This document shows positions 1 to 8,434 of a stretch of DNA of 32,460 nt, piece after piece. Position 1 is the first letter of the stretch, and every line of letters begins with the position of its first letter. Where the stretch lies: NCBI GenBank assembly GCA_000934665.2, contig KZ539132.1:1-32460 (forward strand), in the 5' to 3' direction. A program made the translations under genes and the position numbers. Below the pieces are notes generated by a model. It was not told where the DNA came from and made no database searches. It saw only the letters and a program-made list of their open reading frames with translations. This DNA is from Catajapyx aquilonaris (lineage: Eukaryota).

Positions 1-176
1 CTTTCTTACCCTCTCTAGAGAAGGTAAATGGTTAAGAGTGTACGACACCCAGTTCACCGCCGCATCATAACTGTCTAAAAAGTGGCGGGCGACCTCTGCC
101 CCTCCACTCCACTCCACACCAGACACCATAAGCCCCATCTGATTGGCGGAGCAGAGGCCAATCAGAATGGTGGGTA

Positions 177-254
177 CAGTGCGGTCCATAAGAAATCCAC
201 TTTTGAAACCATACCGGCAGATATTACAAAATGCGTCAGTTTTGTGTCACCCTG
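177..254. mobile_element. Degenerate Tc1/mariner-type MITE or TIR remnant flanked by TA dinucleotides
   Basis: Left end TA|CAGTGCGGTCCATAAGAAATCCACTTTTG. The right end, reverse-complemented, reads TA|CAGGGTGACACAAAACTGACGCATTTTG (about 19/32 match by eye). TA at 175-176 and 255-256. Confidence 0.45.
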
Positions 255-3200
255 TACTATGCAGTTCGTCATCTCCCGGCATGGTGCGTGCCAAGTTGGC
301 CTACTTTATAGAGGTTGAGGACCGGCATATGAAGCCATTCACTTATACTGTACAGTACACTATCAAAATAATATTCATGGAGCTTTGAAAGCCCGGAAGG
401 TATTATCTTGTTTTTTTCTACTGCAAATTACTTCCGGCCGCATCCTCTCCCAGTATTATGCACAACTGCACTTATTTGCAACGCTCACTCTTTAAAACGT
501 GCAAGTATGCTCAGTGGATTTGCAGTGCGTCTAGTTTCCGAGCTGTAGTGTTCGTCAGCGTTTGTGACAATATTGTTAAATCTGCAGTGTGTGCCGTTAA
601 TTAAACAGACCGTTTAAATTTGCTTGCAGAGGAGAAACCGGCCCAATACCAAACAATGCGCAGAAATACCACCATCCATGTTTATCCTAGGTGAAAATAC
701 ATTTAACTGCCAACATTTATGCGGCTATAAAATTGTCCAGCAAAATTGAACACTCCCAACTATAGGTTTAACGCTACAGCCGGAGGCGAGAAGGTCGTCT
801 TTAATAACACAACGGAATACTTCTTTTGTGAAGATTTATCACACACAACGAGCGTGGGCAGTCAGAAAAAAAAATGTGATCCATCCAACTTCTTTGGACT
901 GGAAGTCCCGTTGCAAAAATATACTTCCAGGTCAAGTGATAGGGCCAGGTCCATTTTTAGGCCCTACTGAAAAAGTGGGAGGGGGGGAAAAAAATTCATT
1001 TTTCAGCACAAGTGTATCGGCCTCAATTCTAGCTCAATTCGACTGAAAATCTCCATGCAGTAATAGGCTGCACATTTCCCTCTCGGACCATTACGACTTG
1101 CACCAATGTAGGAAACGAGGATGAGATCGCAACGGGGGAGGAGGGAGGTGGGGAGGAAACACAATTCATTTTCCTGGCGCCTCGCTCCCAACTTTATATT
1201 CACTCAGGACCAAGAAAAGAGAAGGAAGGAAAAAAAAAAAGTTCCGCAGTGTCAATATGAAGGTTAAGAAAAAGCTATTCGGCAGACTTCCAAGGACTGG
1301 TTACAAGGTCGTGGCCACCTGGTTTTTCTTGACATATTATACTCTCTGGGTGCATGTTTCGTCGAGATAATACTGCATCATCCACTTTTAATGTAGTCGC
1401 CAGAGGACAGGTTTATGGATGGACCGCGTTGAGAGAAGGGGATGCGCATTTGCCTCATTACGTCGCAAACTGTAGCTTATGACATGTCTGGATTATGCAA
1501 GTGGCACAATGCCCGGCTCAACACCCACCCCGATATGGCGAAATAGCCGCCAAATAACATTTGGCCATACGCTTAAATCAACCGGCCATATTTGAAAGCT
1601 CAGCAACTATGGTCCTTTTTTTAAAAGTAAAATCTGCATTCTAAAGTCGTTAGTTCTGTCACACCCAGTGTTCGCCCTGGGGCCGCCCCCATAGACGCGT
1701 TTGGAGCAATTACCCGGGCCGGAAATGGCTTGGCACCTTTTCACTATCCGACCTGTTTCCGTTTCCACTTTACCTGGGTGTCGGCGACAGGAAATGCCAA
1801 TCCGGGGGACTCCCCGGTTTTCTCTCTGGGGCCCCGCGGGCGTGAAATCGAACCAATGGGACACGAACCGAGAGAGTTGAGCCAACCAGAATAAGGTCCG
1901 ATTCAGTTACAGAATCGGGCTCTAATTTGTCGCGCTCAGCATACCGAGTGTGTGTACTGCATAGGGGGGGTAAATTCTGCGAATATTTTATCTGGTAAAC
2001 TAACACTGAAGATGACAAAAAAAATTAGGGTTGTCATGTTTTTCACACCTCTCAATTTGCATTGTTCAATTAAAGAAGATCAGTCACCTGGCCGGAATGT
2101 CATTGGCAGAAAACAGGAAAGTTATCGCTTCCTTTACTGGGTGATTGATCCTACTTTTTTTTTCCCATCCCTCTCTGCGACATTACCGGAGCCATCGTCA
2201 GGGAAGTAATTTCCTGTCACTGCCTGGATAACCAACATTCCCAGTGCAAAAGAAGGAAGCTGATGACGAATGGCACTTTTCCCTTCCCGGAGCACAATAC
2301 GGCGCGATGCAGCCTTTTCCGTCCAAATGAAAATTCAGGGGAAAAACGCGAATGTGATTGACACGCAGATTTTTTCTCTCTTTTTTTGCCTTCAGGCCCG
2401 TGAAATCGACTTAATTTCCTCACCTAAACTGCCTAGAGTGGATGAATACATTCATGAGCCAGTTTGAAGGAACACGGGGGCGAGTCCTATAATTTCCCCC
2501 TTCAAGTTTTGCAACTTCCGTCTCTCTTCAGTCATTAGGCAAAAGGTGCTTTCTTCCGCTGTCCTAATTACAAATCAAAGAGTTACGCAAAGTTGTTGGT
2601 AATCACATTTCCGTAAAAGAAATAGCTAAATATTTAGCAGCTATCCGTGTTTTTTTTTTGCTCTAATTAAAAATTGAAGGGTATACCGCCACGAGCCATA
2701 TTTTTTATCAAAAATTCGCTCTATAAACCTGGCTGGAATAATACTGGAATGAGCCCCTACAGCTGTAAATGCAGGAGTATAGAAAAGAGTGTACAAGATA
2801 GCTCTGGCTAATTCAAAACCACTCCAATGGCTGCTAAATAAGCAGGCTGTCAACAAGCATATATATCCGCTCCCTCAGGCAGTCCAAAATTTCGAGTAAA
2901 AATACTAGAGAAAAAGCTGTGGAAAAAGCTGTAGAGCTTGGTATAGGGGCCTCACTTTTTGGCTTGGAAAAATATATATATATATGTGAATGTAGTAGTG
3001 GAAGTCTGGCTCGCAGCTTGCAGCGATCTCGTTTCGCCATCCAAAAACGAGTCCCGCGCCACCGGGAAAAGGCGGTATTGATTCAGCACTCATGCTTGTA
3101 ACGGACCAAGACTCGGGTCAAAGTACTTTTAAAGGCCGTTTGTTGCCTTCCTGAATGTCAGCCAAATCACCCTGAATCAGACGGTATATATAGGATAGCC

Positions 3201-4250
3201 CGGGACCCGCATCCAACTGAATCTCTTTCACTTTCTCTCTGGCGAAATTGGGACATGTCCATTTCAATATGCCAATTAATAGGCCCTTTGGAAAATAGCG
3301 GTGCTTGTTTGCAATTTCAAAAAATGGTTCGGAGTAGGAAGTACTGGTACTGTAAAAAAAAACAGGAGGTAGTGGGTACCGTTTAGAAGGAAAGAAGTGG
3401 TGTGCATTTTGGGGAGCACATTTCCATTTGGTATGGCCCAAAATCCCCTCTAGACAGTTCGCCTTATTTCCCGAACGGTCTACTGAGGGTTTTTTTTCCC
3501 CTGGGCAAGGAATAACAGTCGCCATCGTCGCAGTAGCAGCTAGCACACGGAGGGGCAGTCTCCGATAAATTACGGTGGCATCGTGTGCAGGGACCGCGTT
3601 GCAATCTCATTCCGCCTCCATTCCAACGCTTCATACCAGCAGGGGCATTTGTAATAACGGTTATAAGATGGTTGAAAAATATAACGAGTCAGGAAGCGTG
3701 CACTTTTGTTCAGAGGTTGGGTTGAGAGGGAACAAGTAGCATCAGCACAGAGCTCTTACCAAGGCATGGGTAAAAATTTCTTCGCATAACACCTATAATT
3801 TTGTGGTGAACATGAAACATGCAGATGGGAGGAATGTATGGACTATGCAGTGTGCGCAGGCATGTGGAAATTAATTGCGGCGTGGAATAGTTCCCCCCCC
3901 CCCTCTCTCGGTACATGAAGATTAATATCTATAGTGTTGTTTGCTTTTTGCGCTGGAGGAAATTGCATAGCGGCAGACGAGGATTGCAATTAATTGTTTG
4001 TTCTGCAATGGGTACGCCTGGTCTTTAGTGTTAATTTATTATGAATACTGCAGAAACTTGGGCATGTACAAATGTAATTTGATTATTAATTATTTCCTTT
4101 CAGAGAAAATTGAGGTCAGTGTTTCCTATAATTTAAGCGCCACAACAATGGTTTGGTATCCATAGCACTTCATTCCTTATTTACCGAGGTGTCGAGTTTC
4201 CGGCACAGATAAGGTGCAGCCGAAGCGAATATTTTCGCCTACGATCCGAC

Positions 4251-5326
4251 ATGGATGATCAGCAGGTGGCTACTGCAGAAAGCACCTTCCACAGCCTCGC
4301 CTTGCAATGGAAGATCAACGATTTCGAGTCCAAGCTGACTGGCCACGACTCAGCTATGCGCTCTCCTATCTATCCTCATGATCGGGACATAATGTGGTCT
4401 TGGTTCTTCGCTCTCCAAGTGTACGGAGACAACCACGAGGAGCAGCCAGGTGAGATCTCCATCTTCCTCCGATTCATCACCTCCGAGGTCAGAGGCGCCA
4501 AACGCATCCGAGACGTCACCATGAGCATCCTGGACCGATCGGGAATCGCGGTGTACAAGAAAACCAGAGCAGGAGACCTCAACTTCAAGAAGGAGCCATT
4601 AAGATGCAACTACTTCGGGTACCCTTCCTTCATCACGGTGGATGAGCTGGTCAGGAGGAAGGACCAGCTGCTTCCCGATGGCTGCCTGACCATCCGATGC
4701 TCCGGAGTCATGGTCAGCGAGGTGGTCAACAGGTGGTCCTGGCAGTACCGGTGCGACGTGCCAAATCCTTGCTTGGGCACAGACTTGGAAGAAATGAGAC
4801 AGTACGGGCTGCTCACGGACGTGGTCATCATCTGCCAAGACAGACGCATTCATGCTCACAAGTTCGTGATGAGTGCCAGAAGCCCTGTCTTTAGAGCCAT
4901 GTTCCAGCACGGCACCTTGGAAGGCTTCTCCGGAGAGGTGAGGCCAAGATTTCAGTCAAATGATGTGCCATTATTTCCGGTTCCCCGCAGGTACACATCT
5001 CAGACGTGAGACACGAGGTGGTGGAAGAGATGGTCCGATTCATGTACACGGACGACTCCTCCAATCTGGACACCCTGTCAGCGGAACTCCTGGTGGCGGC
5101 CAACAAGTACGACCTGCCTCGCCTGAAGGTCCTGTGCGAGCAGCACTTGTGTCGGAACCTGTCTCCGGACAATGTCGTAGAGATGCTGAAGCTCAGCCAA
5201 ATGCACGAGGCCCATCAGATGAAAATGGCTGCCTCCAAGTTCATCGCCGCAAACCTGCCCATCATGTCTGTAGCCACCTTGGTCAGCCTCACACCAGATA
5301 TGTTGGACAAGTCGGTGCTCAGCTAA
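4251..5326 (+). CDS. Speckle-type POZ protein (SPOP/roadkill)-like MATH-BTB protein, predicted Cullin-3 substrate adaptor; exons 4251-4937 and 4991-5326, ~340 aa
   Basis: ORF 4251 has a MATH-like N-terminus (LQWKINDF...ISIFLRF...FGYPSFI...LLPDGCLTIRC) and a BTB start (LLTDVVIICQDRRIHAHKFVMSARSPVFRAMF). The frame of ORF 5006 continues BTB/BACK (VHISDVRHEVVEEMVRFMYT...LLVAANKYDLPRLKVLCEQHLCRNLSPDNVVEMLKLSQMH). A GT-AG intron at 4938-4990 joins them in frame. Tandem TAA TAA stops at 5324-5329. Codons are GC3-rich against AT-rich flanks. Probably a divergent paralogue, so no symbol is assigned. Confidence 0.93.
4938..4990 (+). other. 53-nt phase-0 spliceosomal intron of the SPOP-like gene
   Basis: Donor GAG|GTGAGG at 4938; pyrimidine-rich acceptor TTCCGGTTCCCCGCAG|GTA ending at 4990. 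Removal gives ...GFSGE|VHISDV..., which restores the BTB alignment. Confidence 0.9.
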
Positions 5327-5400
5327 TAAGTGCGGCTGTACATATATATTTTTCTTTAAGTTTGTATAGGACCCTAAAAGGTTAGTTGCTTGTATCGCCT

Positions 5401-5406
5401 AATAAA
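5401..5406 (+). promoter_or_regulatory. Polyadenylation signal AATAAA of the SPOP-like gene
   Basis: Canonical AATAAA about 75 nt after the stop codon, followed by TG/T-rich sequence. Confidence 0.65.
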
Positions 5407-6017
5407 ATGTGGTCTGCCCCGTATGCATTCAGCTCTGTTTCACAAAAATGTAGCCTTTTTAGCTGTAATAGCGCCGCATGCTTCAGTACAAAACAAAACA
5501 ATGCTTGGCCTGTCGTAATTGAATGGCTTTTTGTCTAAGTCAACCGAGGAGCGAGCTTCAATCCTATTAGGCGGCATAATTCATGCATAGGCGTATTATG
5601 CAGAGCCCCGCTGCATCAACACCCATCCAAACCCCTCCCAATGCAACAGTGCAGTCTCAACGATAGGCACGTGTTGAGAGATGAGGCCCGTAATGGAACC
5701 CGACATGCGACATTGGGCTCTACCCCCCCTTTTTCTCACTAGATTATTCTCTCCGACCCCTCCTCTGGTAAACCAACGTGACTGTTCATTCATTTCCCGA
5801 CGAATTTTGGCAAGCCCTGGCTTACACCGTTACCCGAGTAATCGCAAGCATCACGAGCTCCTGGCGCTATCTTGCCCCACACTCTTTCCCAACTATAACA
5901 CCTAATCGTCTGCGGAAATGACAAAATGCGACCTGATTTTTAAAATGTGAACACATACGCACAATTTCTCTCAGGTTCACACATATGTAGTTGATATTGG
6001 CAATTTCGGCTCCACCA

Positions 6018-6264
6018 TCTATCTAATACATATTTCAGAACGTATGTCCTCTTGATACCGATGCAAATCAGTACGTAAGCCTCGACGTATGCCCCAGGGG
6101 GATCATTAGGGGTAGTTTTTAACTGGGAAGGTTTTTAGTACATTGGACTTGACCTCCGATGTCATCCCTGGCCGAAGAGGCGAAAGGCAGGAAAGCAGGA
6201 ACCCCGAATGTAGCATCGATCAAGGGAGAGATCGTAACCCGAGCAACGCCGGGTATCCTACTAA
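6018..6264 (+). mobile_element. Short non-autonomous Helitron-like element (~247 bp)
   Basis: 5' end A|TCTATCTAATACATATTT (TC start after A6017; alternative start 6022). 3' end has a GC-rich hairpin ACCCGAGCAACGCCGGGT (6237-6254), a 6-nt spacer, then CTAA|T (CTRR). It lies between A and T with no target duplication, as expected for Helitrons. Confidence 0.7.
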
Positions 6265-7749
6265 TATGATACTAAAAATCTTTCATTAGAGGTTTCCGAT
6301 TGGTCTCCGTTATTCTGCTCCTGCGCAATTAAGGCAACGCCTCTGGTGGATAGGAGGAGGCACTAGTGTACAAGATAAAAAGCTGGCGGGATGGGTGCAA
6401 TCAAGATGCTCCCCCAGCACCTCACAAACTCCAAATCCTTCCCAACCACCACCCGGCCTTTTGCACACTACCAACTCTCTCAAAGACTTGCCTTCCAGCC
6501 TCCCATCCCCCAAGCTAAATCTCCAACTTTTACCTCCTTTCCTTTGTGCCGCCAGCTTCTAAAGAGACTGCGGAAGAACATCCGAGAAAAGAAAGGAAAA
6601 AGAGCGCCTCCATCTCCAGAAAAAAAAATGCTCCAAATATCCAGCAAAAAGCGTACATTGTAAGCCTTTTTGTTTGCTTCTAGTAGTCTGCACACACACT
6701 GGAGGCTGAGATACACTGTGATAATGTGTTCTCAATCACGGCTGTACATAAGAGTTTTTTGCAGGGTTCGTGTGCCAAGTTTTGGGGGAATATGCGAGCA
6801 AGATGAAAGCGGCTGATCCAATTTCATCAAGTGTTTGAAGCCAAGTTAGCAGATTAGTTACAGAGGAGCGCCTGATATTGCGATGGACCAATAACAAGCT
6901 TGTTTCTATACGTTAAATAAGGAGAATACTATACTGTCAGCATCTGCGACACGTCGCGTCGCAACAAACAATCCACAAGGACTGCAATATCCAACGGCCA
7001 TATCTCAAGAGACAGAAACAAAGGACGCCATCATTTATCCTAACTAGATTAGTGCACTCGGATGTTGTCGACACATTCGGCGTGCTTAGGGATAATCAAT
7101 TACATTTTAGTTTAAAAAAACTGGGGGTGTGGAGGAATGGGGAAGGAAAAGTAGTGGCAATATCATCCGGAGGGTAAGACGATAGCGGTCTCGAGTTTAT
7201 GACCTCCATAATGAGGCGCATCTGCGATGGAGTATCGTTTTCGCACCGAGAATCCAGAAGAAACACGCGCCCTACTTTCCGCAAAATGGTTTTGCTTGTG
7301 CCTCCAAAAGCCCAAATCAACGTGGCTCGGATTATCTCTAATTCCGACCGCGCGGACGCAAAGTCAGATAAAAGCAGACGAGGGAAACTTGGGAGGCGAG
7401 AATCGCGCTTGTCTTTTTTTCTCTCTCTCAAAAAGATCCGAATTTTTGCAGAACCGCAGTGTGTTTTGTTCAGCGAGGCTAATAAGTGGCACAAATCGGC
7501 CGATTCTCCACGCAAAATGGTTGGGGAGGCCCCAGGGATAACGAGGAGAATTATTCATCAAGATGCCTGAGCGTCAAATGCAATGGCACAAAACTCTTTC
7601 CACGCACCACTGCTCAGGTGCACCGAATTACCTGCCGGCAACGGTTTAATTAGAGTGCACAGCCTCTGAAAAGTACAGTGCGTTGAACCACACTTAGTAA
7701 ACATCTAGTTAATCCCCCCTGAGGTCATTCGGTGTATGGGTGTATCAAC

Positions 7750-7762
7750 GTGTGTGTGTGTG
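7750..7762. repeat. (GT)6 microsatellite
   Basis: Read directly from the sequence. Confidence 0.85.
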
Positions 7763-8299
7763 AGGCGGAGTAATCTAGTTGGGAAGCGAAAAGTGGCGTA
7801 CTTGTGGCCGGACCGATCATTCCGGGACTCATCGAAATTCCGGCCTTGTCACTTCCACCGCAAGCGCTATCATCGTTCACCGCTTCAAGGAGCAAAAAAG
7901 TGCGTATGCTGCACACTGCTGTTGACCTCACCCGTTCCTACAAAACAAGGCAGCTTTGCCGAACCTTATTCTCTGGCCTGGTCGTAGCTTCTCTCTAGTA
8001 TAAAACAGATCGTTTGTTCGTATGTACGGGCTATCTAACCCACGCCCAGACTATTGACACATGAGGTGCCACGAAATGATATGAAAGTGACATAATTCCG
8101 AACTGTTGGTATAATAGGACCAGTTATGGACACATTTTCGTCTTTCCGTGGCAGTACAGCAGCGTGTGCCTAGGCCAAAATTGCCACATGAGCGCCACCA
8201 ACCAGACAAAATGGAAATCTGGCAATGTGTAATGAACAAAAAATCGCGTTCTTCCCATAGGAAAGTGGCCGACGACATACAGCTTTGACACATTCGTAC

Positions 8300-8434
8300 C
8301 TGTTCCGATGTGACTGGAATCCTGCGCTGCCTCGCCAGGGTGGAAATGGTGGCAATGTCGTTACGAAGGTCGCTCATGCATCCGCAGAGGATCACCGGGG
8401 TGTTGTCGCAGTGCTGCCGTATCTCAGGGTACCA
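8300..8434 (-). CDS. Internal coding exon (135 nt) of the same Rnd/RhoE-like Rho GTPase: G4 box and Rho insert helix
   Basis: Minus-strand acceptor TTTTTTTTTCTCTCTCTCATTGCAG, phase 0, peptide WYPEIRQHCDNTPVILCGCMSDLRNDIATISTLARQRRIPVTSEQ (45 aa), donor CAG|GTACGA. It joins in frame to the 19951-20060 exon (...AVNK|WYPEI...). GCxSDLR is Rnd-like (Rnd3 GCKSDLR). Confidence 0.92.

Noticed and set aside
2625..2638. Perfect 14-bp palindrome GCTAAATATTTAGC
   Set aside because: A few palindromes of this length are expected by chance in 32 kb of AT-rich DNA.
4938..5009. Apparent frameshift or pseudogene between ORFs 4251..5009 and 5006..5326
   Set aside because: Fully explained by a canonical 53-nt GT-AG intron.
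4376..5385. Overlapping alternative-frame and antisense ORFs across the SPOP-like gene
   Set aside because: These are shadow ORFs caused by GC-rich codon usage of the real gene.
7096..7570. Overlapping 104-139 aa ORFs on both strands (similarly 3118..3546, 13590..13976, 15919..16263)
   Set aside because: No recognisable domain, codon bias or convincing splice structure.
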